Part shown: in pieces, positions 38,870 to 48,063 of the stretch
How the letters are laid out: every line of letters begins with the position of its first letter
Numbering within the stretch: the stretch's first letter is position 1
Assembly: GCA_001563335.1 (NCBI GenBank)
Contig: LRSL01000072.1
Span: forward strand, 1 to 51,214
DNA: 51,214 nucleotides
Reading direction: 5' to 3'
DNA from: Candidatus Thorarchaeota archaeon SMTZ1-45
GTDB taxonomy: Archaea; Asgardarchaeota; Thorarchaeia; Thorarchaeales; Thorarchaeaceae
Made by a program: the position numbers and the translations under genes
Notes under the pieces: generated by a model
What the model saw: the letters and a program-made list of their open reading frames with translations, nothing else
Databases searched by the model: none
Told to the model about the DNA's origin: nothing

Positions 38870-39034
38870 ACGTGCAGAGAAAGGATGCAACATGGAAGAA
38901 AGACCACTAGGGATGTTACATAGAAGAAGGTTACATCCTTTCTCATGTCCCCGCGACCGAAATTCAGAGTTGATTCCATGGGGAACCGCAACAATGTAAA
39001 CTCGATCTTTCAATAAAAAGGAGATGAAGCACGT
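38870..39034 (-). other. Structured or repeat-rich intergenic element (ncRNA or operator array)
   Basis: 15-bp inverted repeat 38877-38891 / 38930-38944, 22-bp imperfect direct repeat, TCCCC/GGGGA stem, closing ACGTGC/GCACGT. Confidence 0.4.
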
Positions 39035-39089
39035 AACCTTTGTGTCCTGTTTGGCACAACGCAGCGCTCATAGGAAGTTGTGATTATCC

Positions 39090-39638
39090 TCATGTGGTTA
39101 TGGAGAGACCAAAAGGTCTCCTAATAAGATTCCCAAGACCTAGGCTGACTAGAAAATACCAAGACCAGAAGAAAAGTCCGAATCCACTTCCTTGAACATT
39201 CATTCCTATCCATCCATCTAGAAATGGTAGAACCTCTTGAATATTGAATGGTATGATCGCTACTGGATTTCCTTGAAATAAGAAGTTAAGAATTCCAAAG
39301 ACGATTATCAATGGAATATAGAACATACACATAGGCTTCATTCTTTGTGACATCATTGCACTATTGAGCCTCATGATTCTTCCCTGATCATCCATAACTT
39401 GCTGGAGTTCGATTGGATCCATCGTTTGCCTTGCTCTTTTGAACCGCTCCTGCCAAGCCTTTATTTCATCCATGTCTGATTTCATCTTCTCCATGTCTGT
39501 GAATCGCCTAGTAGCCCATATTGATAATAGAGCAAGCCCTATTGATACAAGTAAGATGAAAATGGTTGAGCCCGGCATCACTGCAACAGGTGCTAGAATG
39601 TTGGCCATTGTCTGCAGAAAATCGCTCCAGATGTCCAT
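39090..39638 (-). CDS. EMC3/TMCO1 (DUF106, Oxa1 superfamily) membrane insertase-like protein
   Basis: TM1, cytosolic coiled coil (DMEKMKSDMDEIKAWQERF), MKPM, C-terminal WYFLVS. Confidence 0.9.
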   Translation of the reverse strand: MDIWSDFLQTMANILAPVAVMPGSTIFILLVSIGLALLSIWATRRFTDMEKMKSDMDEIKAWQERFKRARQTMDPIELQQVMDDQGRIMRLNSAMMSQRMKPMCMFYIPLIIVFGILNFLFQGNPVAIIPFNIQEVLPFLDGWIGMNVQGSGFGLFFWSWYFLVSLGLGNLIRRPFGLSITT

Positions 39639-39730
39639 GTTGTTTTCGCCCTAGAGTCCCGTTCATAATGGACGCATTTTAAGGATTGTCTTTGATTCTA
39701 ATTTCCATCTGTATATGTTTCCTTCTTTTC

Positions 39731-41269
39731 TTAGAATCCAAATATTTGTGAATACTTCTGTTCCAAATAGTCTAAAAATGGTTCAGCCGTAAGCTTCTTC
39801 CCTGTAACCTTTTCCATCAAATCTGAAGGATCGTATAGTGCTGAATAATGGTGCACATTCTCCTTCAACCAATTAATCAGAGATTGAATCTCTCCTTTAG
39901 CAACATTTCTCACCCATTCAGGCATATTATGATGTAGTTTTTCAAGTAGCATTCCGTCGTAGATGTTACCTAGAGCATAACTTGGGAAATAACCAAAATA
40001 TCCACTTGCCCAGTGCGTGTCCTGAAGAACGCCTTTTGAATCATCAGGGACATCAATTCCTAGATATTCCCTGTATTTTTCATTCCATACCTGAGGTAAT
40101 TCGGACACCGTAATCTTGTCAGAGAACAAGTCTCGCTCAATCTCAAACCGAATAATGATATGTACTGAATATGTTACCTCATCAGCTTCTATACGGATCA
40201 GTGATGGTTTAACTAGATTCATAGCTTTAATGAAATCTACTTCATCCACTCTTGGGAATGAACCCCCAGTAAACACCTGCAATTTCGGTATATAGAATTG
40301 TAGAAATTCAGGTGATCTACCAATTATATTTTCAACGAATCTAGATTGCGATTCGTGAATTCCGTATGACGCATTCCATCCAACTGGCTGATACTTCCAA
40401 TCCGGATTTAGATTCTGTTCATAGAGTGCATGACCAGCTTCATGAAGAATAGCGTATATTGCAGAGGATAAATTATCTTCATGGTACTTCACAGTAATTC
40501 TTACATCATCATAATAACCTGTTGTAAAGGGATGCTCTACTTCATCGATTCGACCACCTGCATGTTCAGATGTTGTGTCATAACCTACTAGATTTGCCAA
40601 GTCCATGGCTACTCTTCTCTGAACATCAATAGGCACCTTCTGATTTAGGAATGATGAATCGAAACCCTCAGATGCATCAGCACACTTCTTCGTTAGAGGA
40701 ACCAGCCTATCTCTAAGTTGTCCAAAAATTTTGGTTATTTCTGAAGATGTAATTCCTCGCTCAAACTCATCAAGCATGCTATCATAAAGAATTGGAATTT
40801 CTTTTACCTTCATCTCAATCTCTGCACGCTCTCGTGCTAGATCAACAGTTTTCTGAAGTACAGGTTCAAATGATTTCCAATCGTTAGAAGCCTTTGCCTT
40901 TTTCCATGAATCAAGACTAATTGGCTGATGTTTAGCAATTCTTGAAACAAGATCCTCTGGGATTTTTGTTTCCTTGTCATAATCTCGACGTGCCAAGAAG
41001 ACATTCCGAAGCTGAATCACATCCAGTTTATCAGAATCACTCTCTACCTTATCCAATAATCTTCCAATTTCAGGATCTGTCATCTTCTGATGATATAGTT
41101 TCATCAGCACCGACAATTGTTCACTTCTTTGCATCAATCCTTTGGGGGGCATATAGGTTTCGTAGTCCCATCTTATTTGATAAATAACAGAGTTCAAGAG
41201 TATCAGATCTTTTTCCCTGTCCATAAGGTCTTCATAAGCTTCCACTTCTGTCACCCTATTCATGGTCAA
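39731..41269 (-). CDS. Carboxypeptidase M32 (Taq/Pfu type)
   Basis: HPF, DVRIT, HEAGHALYEQ, HESQSRF, IRIEADE, LQDTHW, GYFPSYALG. Confidence 0.96.
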   Translation of the reverse strand: MTMNRVTEVEAYEDLMDREKDLILLNSVIYQIRWDYETYMPPKGLMQRSEQLSVLMKLYHQKMTDPEIGRLLDKVESDSDKLDVIQLRNVFLARRDYDKETKIPEDLVSRIAKHQPISLDSWKKAKASNDWKSFEPVLQKTVDLARERAEIEMKVKEIPILYDSMLDEFERGITSSEITKIFGQLRDRLVPLTKKCADASEGFDSSFLNQKVPIDVQRRVAMDLANLVGYDTTSEHAGGRIDEVEHPFTTGYYDDVRITVKYHEDNLSSAIYAILHEAGHALYEQNLNPDWKYQPVGWNASYGIHESQSRFVENIIGRSPEFLQFYIPKLQVFTGGSFPRVDEVDFIKAMNLVKPSLIRIEADEVTYSVHIIIRFEIERDLFSDKITVSELPQVWNEKYREYLGIDVPDDSKGVLQDTHWASGYFGYFPSYALGNIYDGMLLEKLHHNMPEWVRNVAKGEIQSLINWLKENVHHYSALYDPSDLMEKVTGKKLTAEPFLDYLEQKYSQIFGF

Positions 41270-41317
41270 TACTGAATTGGAGGTCTACACAACATCGTTA
41301 TTTCTGTTCCGCAATAC

Positions 41318-42361
41318 CTACTTCTCTCTTCTTGCAAAGTCAAGAAATAGAATAACACCTCCAGTAATAGTAAGACTTAGACCAATAATAACAGTCCAAT
41401 AGATTAGAAGTAGTATGTTTATGACTCCTGATACAACAAAACAAAGACCAACTATGAACCACCGACGAGTGTTAATGATAATAATACCAATGACTACTAG
41501 GCACAAGCCTATTATGAATGTCCAATAGATGACCTCATCGAGTATTAACACTGAGAAGAGAGTTCCAAAAACTGGTACAAGATTGATGAAACCTCCAGAC
41601 CGAGTAGCTCCTAGTTTTCTAATGCTAATAAAATAAAACAAGAAACCGATGAAGGTTACAAAAGCTCCAAGATAGAGTGCATTGAGCCAAAATATCGGGT
41701 TAACCAAAGCTGGGAGTGACCAAACTTCTTCCGTGATTGCGCCTAATCCAAAGAGAAAGGCTCCAATAATCGAACCCCCTGTTGTGACTTCAAGAGGAGA
41801 GAGTGTTTTCATTGCCTCTTTTCCTATTGAAGAATAAAGACCCCAGGCGAACATAGCTGCTAAGATTATCAGATTACCCACTAGATAATCTAAATTGAAC
41901 TCAAGGAGAGCTTGAATTCCAACAACAAAAACAACTCCCATGAACGCAAGTATAAAACCGATGTATTGCCATGTTTTAGAGAGTCGTTCTTTATGATAGA
42001 TGTGCGCTACTAAACTAACAGTGGCTGGATTAAATCCAGCTATAATCGCTCCTTGCGCTGCAGTAGTTAAACGCATCCCTGTCAGAAATAGAACACCATA
42101 GCCAAAAATGCCTGTCAAACCAACAAAAAATAGGATCTTGAAATTAGACCTTCTGAATATACGTCTTGGTTCTGACTCAGTAATGAAGAGAAGTATTAGG
42201 AAGAGAATACTGGCTGAAAAGAAACGAAAGAAACCAATTGTCATTGGCGGTGCAATCCCAACTAGTATCTTAGCAGAGGGCCAACTACCACCCCAGAATA
42301 CCATGGCCAAAACGAGCATGGCATAATATCTGAGTGAGCTCTTTGTTGGTTCTTCAGACAT
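41318..42361 (-). CDS. DMT/EamA family transporter
   Basis: FWGGSW, FFRF, two EamA repeats, FINLVPVFG; two extra C-terminal TM segments. Confidence 0.92.
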   Translation of the reverse strand: MSEEPTKSSLRYYAMLVLAMVFWGGSWPSAKILVGIAPPMTIGFFRFFSASILFLILLFITESEPRRIFRRSNFKILFFVGLTGIFGYGVLFLTGMRLTTAAQGAIIAGFNPATVSLVAHIYHKERLSKTWQYIGFILAFMGVVFVVGIQALLEFNLDYLVGNLIILAAMFAWGLYSSIGKEAMKTLSPLEVTTGGSIIGAFLFGLGAITEEVWSLPALVNPIFWLNALYLGAFVTFIGFLFYFISIRKLGATRSGGFINLVPVFGTLFSVLILDEVIYWTFIIGLCLVVIGIIIINTRRWFIVGLCFVVSGVINILLLIYWTVIIGLSLTITGGVILFLDFARREK

Positions 42362-42455
42362 CGAGTAGCCCCTGACATAGCGTGCTAGTGCTTAATATAA
42401 ACGGACCTGAATCGGTAAAGCATTACTCGTCACGTTCCTATCGAAGAATTCAAAT

Positions 42456-42484
42456 ACGGTTGTGTAAAAATTTTGCACATCCGT
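42456..42484. promoter_or_regulatory. 29-bp pseudo-palindromic operator candidate (copy 2) upstream of thioredoxin
   Basis: ACGGTTGTGTAAAAATTTTGCACATCCGT, located just before the GAGGTG SD of the thioredoxin gene. Confidence 0.55.
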
Positions 42485-42497
42485 AAGAGGTGTTTTC

Positions 42498-42953
42498 GTG
42501 TTAAATGACGAAGAGCTAGAAGAAATACGTCGAAGGAAAATGCAGATTCTTATGGAACGGGCTCAGCAAGCTCAAAAGCCCCAACCCTTAGAACCCATGG
42601 CTAATGGTCGCGTGAATCTTTTGACGGATGCAAATTTCTGGCAGACCATTCAAAAGACGAAATTCGCACTTGTTGATTTCTTTGGACAATGGTGCAGCCC
42701 TTGCAAGACTCTCGCATCGATATTCGCTGAGCTAGCTAAAGATTATGAAGGGAAAGTATTTTTCGCGAAAATTGATATTGACCAGAATAGGCGTACAACA
42801 GTTCAGTTTGGTGTACATTCAGTTCCTATGGTTATCGCTTTTAAAGATGGAAAGCCAATTGGGAAGTTGCCTGGTCTTCGACAGTATGCGGATTATGATA
42901 TGGCTCTGGAACAAATGGTAGGCAAAAGTCTTGACGAAAGCAGTTACGTTTAG
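42498..42953 (+). CDS. trxA: Thioredoxin with archaeal N-terminal helical extension
   Basis: VDFFGQWCSPCK, KIDID, FGVHSVP, FKDGK. Confidence 0.88.
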   Translation: MLNDEELEEIRRRKMQILMERAQQAQKPQPLEPMANGRVNLLTDANFWQTIQKTKFALVDFFGQWCSPCKTLASIFAELAKDYEGKVFFAKIDIDQNRRTTVQFGVHSVPMVIAFKDGKPIGKLPGLRQYADYDMALEQMVGKSLDESSYV

Positions 42954-43063
42954 ATGAAAGAAGAGTTTCCCTTAAATAATTGGTAAATGGTGTGTCCACT
43001 ATATAGATCAAAGAAACCATTGGATTTTAGCTCTGAGATGCTACCTAACATTGTCTGAATTCG

Positions 43064-43348
43064 TTATCGAGCAGGAGCTGATTTTCTAGCTCTAGTGTCT
43101 CGAATGTGAACCTTCCCTGAATGAACCGCACAACTAACGCAATAGTATGAGGTGACTCTGTGTACAGGGATGTAGGCTCCACTTTGCCGAAGCTCTCTTG
43201 CAATCTGTGGTTCTACTGAACTTACACTCTTTGTGTATTTCTTTGCTTTATCTGCGGGAACAATTCGTCCGCATCTTGAGCATTGAACGCCGCCTTTGTG
43301 ACCAGCGCCGCCTTTAGCTCGACCTGCTGATTTTCGTTTCTTTGCCAA
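43064..43348 (-). CDS. rps26e: Small-subunit ribosomal protein eS26 (S26e)
   Basis: KKRKSAGRAK, VQCSRCGRIVPADKAKK, YCVSCAVH..KVHIR. Confidence 0.95.
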   Translation of the reverse strand: MAKKRKSAGRAKGGAGHKGGVQCSRCGRIVPADKAKKYTKSVSSVEPQIARELRQSGAYIPVHRVTSYYCVSCAVHSGKVHIRDTRARKSAPAR

Positions 43349-43529
43349 TCGTTAAAATATTCCACCTTGGTTTGTGGCCTACATGCTCTCACACATATGA
43401 GCTTAAAGCCTTGTGGTTAAGTTCAACCATATTAAAAAAAAATGATGCATTCTTTCAATTGGCCAACGAAAAAATCTCTTTCCTTTGATTCCTACCCACT
43501 AGATTGCAGATATAATTGAATTTCAATAG

Positions 43530-43675
43530 AAACGTGTGAGACCCGGAAAAGACGAAACCATAATTTTCCAACACGAGAATGGATGCACTGAATACGAGAA
43601 AGCTGTGGATTGTGAGCTTCAATGCGAGATACCTATGCCTTTTCCGGGTCCGGGCTAGAAGACCTAACCACGTGC
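43530..43675 (-). ncRNA. Putative structured non-coding RNA of unknown class
   Basis: Nested stems, each with mismatches that become G-U pairs only on the minus strand; TATA-like TTATATT at 43702-43696. Confidence 0.55.
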
Positions 43676-43865
43676 TAAAATCAAAAATAAGTTTGAATAT
43701 AAGGTGTCGTTTCGTAGCAACTATATTCAATAGATTTATTTAGTCTATTTTTTCGGTCCGTGACTCCTCTAATGACATCTGTGAAAGTAATCATGTACCT
43801 AAATGATTAGAAAACATATAAACTGACTATTTTCGAACCTCAATTCTGCAGATATAGTGATTGCA

Positions 43866-44744
43866 TTATTCTTCTTTCATACAAGCATGGGACTGGAGAT
43901 TATCCGCCTTACTTCTGATCACAGATATTGGCATTGCTTTTGCATTCGTAGAATATCCAAAATTACCTTCCTTATCTGCAACAATGATACCTGCTTCACT
44001 TCCGGTTTTTCTCTCAAACATATCCATTCCTTTCTGGGCGGCTGACATGACATCAAGACCATCTTCTACATAGAGAACTACCATCCTACTTAGGACTACT
44101 CTCATGATATGTTCACCCCATCCGGTTGCAGAAGCCCCGCATATATCATTTGCATAAGCACCAGCTCCCATAACTGGTGAATCCCCTACTCTGCCAGGGA
44201 GTTTCTTGGCAATTCCTCCGGTTGATGATGTAGCAGCAATATGACCATTAGCATCCACAGTTATGCAACCCACTGTATCACCAACGGGAGATATGTAAGG
44301 AATTTCGATTTCTCCAGCTTGAATCTCTCGGCGGTAACCGTCCTGTATCATCCTATCATACAATTTCTTTGCATTATCACCTGCAAAGAAGTTGAAATCT
44401 GTTTTTTCCATGATATACCGAGCTAGAGAGATCGGATTTTGAATTCCAGTGATTGCTCCGACAGACCCAAACTGAAGATTGATGCCATCAACAATCATCG
44501 CATCAAGCTCGCGAATTCCATCAAGATTAGGTCGAGCTCCTTTTCCAGCATTTAAATTGCCACTGTTCTCCATAAAGAGAGTGCATACTTCGGCTGCATC
44601 GACTGCAGAACCTCCTGAGCTGAGAACATCAAATCCTGCTCTAGCAGCTTTTTCTACATACTCAATGCCAACAGGAATTCTGTCGTCTTTCCAAGCACCA
44701 GCTCCACCATGTACAATGATCATTGGTAGTTTCATCTGGACCAC
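43866..44744 (-). CDS. Isoaspartyl peptidase / L-asparaginase (Ntn hydrolase)
   Basis: IIVHGGAG, NAGKGA, ELDAMIVDG, NPISLAR, GDTVG autocleavage site, STGG, GRVGDSP, SATGWGE. Confidence 0.93.
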   Translation of the reverse strand: MVQMKLPMIIVHGGAGAWKDDRIPVGIEYVEKAARAGFDVLSSGGSAVDAAEVCTLFMENSGNLNAGKGARPNLDGIRELDAMIVDGINLQFGSVGAITGIQNPISLARYIMEKTDFNFFAGDNAKKLYDRMIQDGYRREIQAGEIEIPYISPVGDTVGCITVDANGHIAATSSTGGIAKKLPGRVGDSPVMGAGAYANDICGASATGWGEHIMRVVLSRMVVLYVEDGLDVMSAAQKGMDMFERKTGSEAGIIVADKEGNFGYSTNAKAMPISVIRSKADNLQSHACMKEE

Positions 44745-44814
44745 CGAGAATCGCTTGAAAATCTTCGATAGATTCCCAGTGATAATGTTATCTCTTTAAT
44801 TATCAACTGGATTC

Positions 44815-45303
44815 TTAATAGTCCAATTCAAGACCCTGTCTTGGATCACTCCTACCTCCATGCAAGCTGTTCTTCAATCCTTGATATTCATGTTCAGACA
44901 TACCAATCTCTCCTGTGGCAATAACACGAACATGAATAGGCATATCATGCGTGAAAGTGATGCTATACTCAACCTTCTTTGGTTTGAGACAGAAGAGATA
45001 GACAGCAATCACTTCAACAACAACGACTATGCCAATGTATAGAAAGACTCCAAAAATTGCTAAAAAAGGTGAAGCCATCATAATCAAGAACAAGAGAGGT
45101 ATGCCAATTAGTAGGGCAATACATGGGTAGAAACACAACCGCATGTCATGTTTCGCTTTTGTCAAGACTATGTGACGTTCAGATATCACTTCCATAATGT
45201 AATCTTTGCCAAGATAGGATGCATTCCACGACTTAACTCCATACTTGATATCTTCCATCGTGTAATTCTCTGGCACACTGAATTCATCACTAAACGATGA
45301 CAC
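44815..45303 (-). CDS. Two-TM hypothetical protein (paralog of 45335..45856)
   Basis: DEFSVPENYTMEDIK..VKSW...YIMEV.SERHIVLTKAKHDMR shared with its neighbour; GGAGG SD. Confidence 0.8.
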   Translation of the reverse strand: MSSFSDEFSVPENYTMEDIKYGVKSWNASYLGKDYIMEVISERHIVLTKAKHDMRLCFYPCIALLIGIPLLFLIMMASPFLAIFGVFLYIGIVVVVEVIAVYLFCLKPKKVEYSITFTHDMPIHVRVIATGEIGMSEHEYQGLKNSLHGGRSDPRQGLELDY

Positions 45304-45334
45304 CCTCTATCCTCCTTCATTCCAAGGTTTGTCC

Positions 45335-45856
45335 CTAGAATTCAAGAGATGGCCCTCCATGACCAGGTTCCCTATGAATGGAATTTCTAAGAGAAAAGTA
45401 TTCATGGGCGGATTTTTCTAACTCACCAGATCTCAAAATAGACACCTTGATTGGAATCTCATTTCCAATCCTCATCTCGATTACTGCTTTCTGAGGTCTT
45501 AGACAGAAAATAGCAACAAAAATCACCATGATCATCATAACAATACCCATTGCTAGAATCATGGCGTTCATTAATGCATAATAATCATAGATTCCCACTG
45601 TTCCAATGACTATCATAACAACCAAGATTATACTGGCACAGGTTGTGATACAACCAACACAGCACACTCTCATATCATGTTTCGACTTTGAAAGAATAAT
45701 ATGCCGTTCATGAACGACTTCCATAACATATTCTGAACCCATAGGAGACGCTAACCAGGACTTGACTCTGGACTTGATATCCTCCATCGAATAATTATCA
45801 GGTAAAGTGAGTTCATCATGAATCTTTGCTGGACTTGTCCCCTCATATTCGTACAT
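45335..45856 (-). CDS. Two-TM hypothetical protein (paralog of 44815..45303)
   Basis: DELTLPDNYSMEDIKSRVKSW...YVMEVVHERHIILSKSKHDMR. Confidence 0.8.
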   Translation of the reverse strand: MYEYEGTSPAKIHDELTLPDNYSMEDIKSRVKSWLASPMGSEYVMEVVHERHIILSKSKHDMRVCCVGCITTCASIILVVMIVIGTVGIYDYYALMNAMILAMGIVMMIMVIFVAIFCLRPQKAVIEMRIGNEIPIKVSILRSGELEKSAHEYFSLRNSIHREPGHGGPSLEF

Positions 45857-45933
45857 CCTCAATACCTCACGAATAATATCATTCTGACATTGGTGTTCAG
45901 CTATTAATCTTATTCGGCCTAATGATTGAATAT

Positions 45934-45970
45934 GAAAAAAAAAGAAAACAAGAGGGGTCAGAGACCCCTC
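45934..45970 (-). terminator. Hairpin plus T-run terminator
   Basis: GAGGGGTC-AGA-GACCCCTC (45952-45970) with an adjacent A-run that reads as a U-tract on the minus strand. Confidence 0.75.
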
Positions 45971-45986
45971 CTATAAGCACCTCGCC

Positions 45987-46418
45987 TTACCATTGAGCGC
46001 CTTCAAATGCTGCTTTGATTGAACCTTGCATCAGGTAGATAATCACAATCAGCGAGATAATGATTCCAGGCAACATTGCCATCAGCATTATGCTGATACC
46101 TAATGCACCAAACAACATACCACCAAGCACTACTGAGAGAGCTAGTCCGATGACTAAACTAATGACCTGCATGATGATTGCAGCCATTCTCGACCATGGA
46201 ATCATCTGAAATAGAGCGATACCTATAATCAAGTTGATTATACCTATCAGTGCTGTATACCCAGTATACAGAGCTCCATATAAGATTAGACCCCCTGGAA
46301 CAGATATTAGATTCAATATTGCACCCAAGATTAGCAGGATTGCAAGTATTGTAACACCCAATGGTCTGCTTTTTGTTGGTGCAGAATAACCGGTTGTTGG
46401 TGTTGGTATTTCTGCCAT
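45987..46418 (-). CDS. Four-TM membrane protein (RPxGVTILA type)
   Basis: SRPLGVTILAIL, PWSR, IIYLMQGSIKAAF; GGAGG SD before ATG 46418. Confidence 0.8.
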   Translation of the reverse strand: MAEIPTPTTGYSAPTKSRPLGVTILAILLILGAILNLISVPGGLILYGALYTGYTALIGIINLIIGIALFQMIPWSRMAAIIMQVISLVIGLALSVVLGGMLFGALGISIMLMAMLPGIIISLIVIIYLMQGSIKAAFEGAQW

Positions 46419-46613
46419 CAAATTACCCTCCATGACTAAAGGAGTGGTCTTTTTAATGTAAAGCGTTGCTAATATATCTCGCGCCTATATATTCCCCATT
46501 AGCGCCTAATCGTCTATTGCCGAATTCAGTATTTAATTGGCATTTTCAATCAAAAAGAGAGGATATCATAAATCATGTAGACTTAAGTTCAAGAGAAACC
46601 TCTTTCGCATGAG

Positions 46614-48056
46614 ATGACAACAATCAGATTCCTATCAAAAAACAATCTAAAATCTATCCACGAAGCTACGTTGGAAATCCTTGAAACGATTGGTATACAG
46701 GTGAAGAATGAAACAACGAAATCAATTCTGGTAGATAATGGTTGTACTCTAGATTCAGACCAAGTTAAGATACCAACATCTCTTGTCAAGGAATCAATCA
46801 AGAAAGCACCTTCTTATTTTGACATCTATACCCGAGATGGTGACAAATCACATATCATCGGATCTGAGAATGTTATTTTTAATCCAGGATCAACAGCTGT
46901 CTATTTCAAAGACCGAAAGACTAGAGAAATTCGTAAAGGGACTTTGAAAGACTGCATTGAACTGGTCCAACTAGTTAATAGCCTAGATCACATCAATGCC
47001 CAGAGTACTGCACTTGTACCTTCAGATGTTTCTGAGCAGCTTTCTTGTTTGTATAGACTCTATATCATTTTGAAACATTCTGCGAAACCAATCATAACTG
47101 GAGCATTCAGGAAAGATGATGTTCCAAATATGAAACTGTTATTAGAAGCAGTCGTTGGAAATACTGATGAACTTGCTAGTCATCCTCGGGCTATTTTTGA
47201 TTGCTGTCCAACTTCACCATTAACCTGGGATGATGTAGGGTCTCAGCATCTGATGGACTGTTCAGCTACTGGCATTCCTGTAACAATTGTACCAGCTCCC
47301 CTTATGGGAGCTACAAGTCCAATTACAATTCAAGGCACTCTTATCCAATCTAATGCAGAGGTCCTAGGGGGTGTTGTTATCTCACAGCTTGTTAATCCTG
47401 GAACTCCAATGATTTATGGAGGAGCACCTGGCTCCTTTGATATGAAATACGCTACACCCAGATTTGGTTCAATGGAGGCAATTATTGCAGCTTGTGCTTC
47501 TTCTGAAATCGGGAGGTATTATAGACTACCAACTCAGTCTTACCTAGGGACAAGCGAAGCAAAAATAGAAGACTCACAGAGTGGATTCGAATCTGGAATT
47601 GGTCTGGTTCTTGGAGCCTTGACGGGTATCAATCTCATCTCTGGTCCAGGCATGCTCGCACAATTGAATTGTCAATCTCTTGAAAAACTTGTGATTGATA
47701 ATGAACTGTGTGGTTCAGCGTATAGGTTTTCCAGAGGTGTGGAATTCGATGATATTGACTTGATAATAGAACTGATCGTAAAAATGGGATTCACTGGAGA
47801 TTATCTAAGACAAAAACACACCTCGAAGAAGTTGAGGTCTGAACATTACATGCCATCAGAAATTCTATGTCGATTGACTACTGAATCGTGGTTGAAGGGA
47901 GGAGCAAAGAGTACTTTTGATAGAGCACATGAGAAAGTGAATTCAATCTTGCAAAACCATACTCCAGATTATCCTGCGCAAATCGATGTTCTTGAGAAAA
48001 CCTTTGAACAGATCAAGAAAAAGTACAACAATACCGCTCATCAAAATATGAAGTAA
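46614..48056 (+). CDS. MttB superfamily (trimethylamine methyltransferase-like) protein, pyrrolysine-free
   Basis: IHEATLEILETIGI, PTSPLTW, GATSPITIQGTL..SNAEVLGG...QLVNPGTPMIYG, SLEKLVIDNE; no in-frame TAG. Confidence 0.9.
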   Translation: MTTIRFLSKNNLKSIHEATLEILETIGIQVKNETTKSILVDNGCTLDSDQVKIPTSLVKESIKKAPSYFDIYTRDGDKSHIIGSENVIFNPGSTAVYFKDRKTREIRKGTLKDCIELVQLVNSLDHINAQSTALVPSDVSEQLSCLYRLYIILKHSAKPIITGAFRKDDVPNMKLLLEAVVGNTDELASHPRAIFDCCPTSPLTWDDVGSQHLMDCSATGIPVTIVPAPLMGATSPITIQGTLIQSNAEVLGGVVISQLVNPGTPMIYGGAPGSFDMKYATPRFGSMEAIIAACASSEIGRYYRLPTQSYLGTSEAKIEDSQSGFESGIGLVLGALTGINLISGPGMLAQLNCQSLEKLVIDNELCGSAYRFSRGVEFDDIDLIIELIVKMGFTGDYLRQKHTSKKLRSEHYMPSEILCRLTTESWLKGGAKSTFDRAHEKVNSILQNHTPDYPAQIDVLEKTFEQIKKKYNNTAHQNMK

Positions 48057-48063
48057 TGCACCA

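Noticed and set aside
38816-39013. 65-aa minus-strand ORF
   Set aside because: No recognisable motif; it overlies an inverted/direct repeat element better explained as non-coding.
39040-39059. TTGTGTC-N6-GGCACAA as a third copy of the thioredoxin-associated motif
   Set aside because: The spacer is one base shorter and the ACGG/CGT flanks are not matched; more likely a hairpin after the EMC3/TMCO1 gene.
43455-43730. 91-aa minus-strand ORF over the structured element; also considered 5S rRNA, tRNA, SECIS or H/ACA identity
   Set aside because: The ORF has a TTG start without SD and no motif. The element lacks a cloverleaf/TTCGA arm, conserved 5S loops, a K-turn or AUGA/GA quartet, and the upstream gene has no in-frame TGA.
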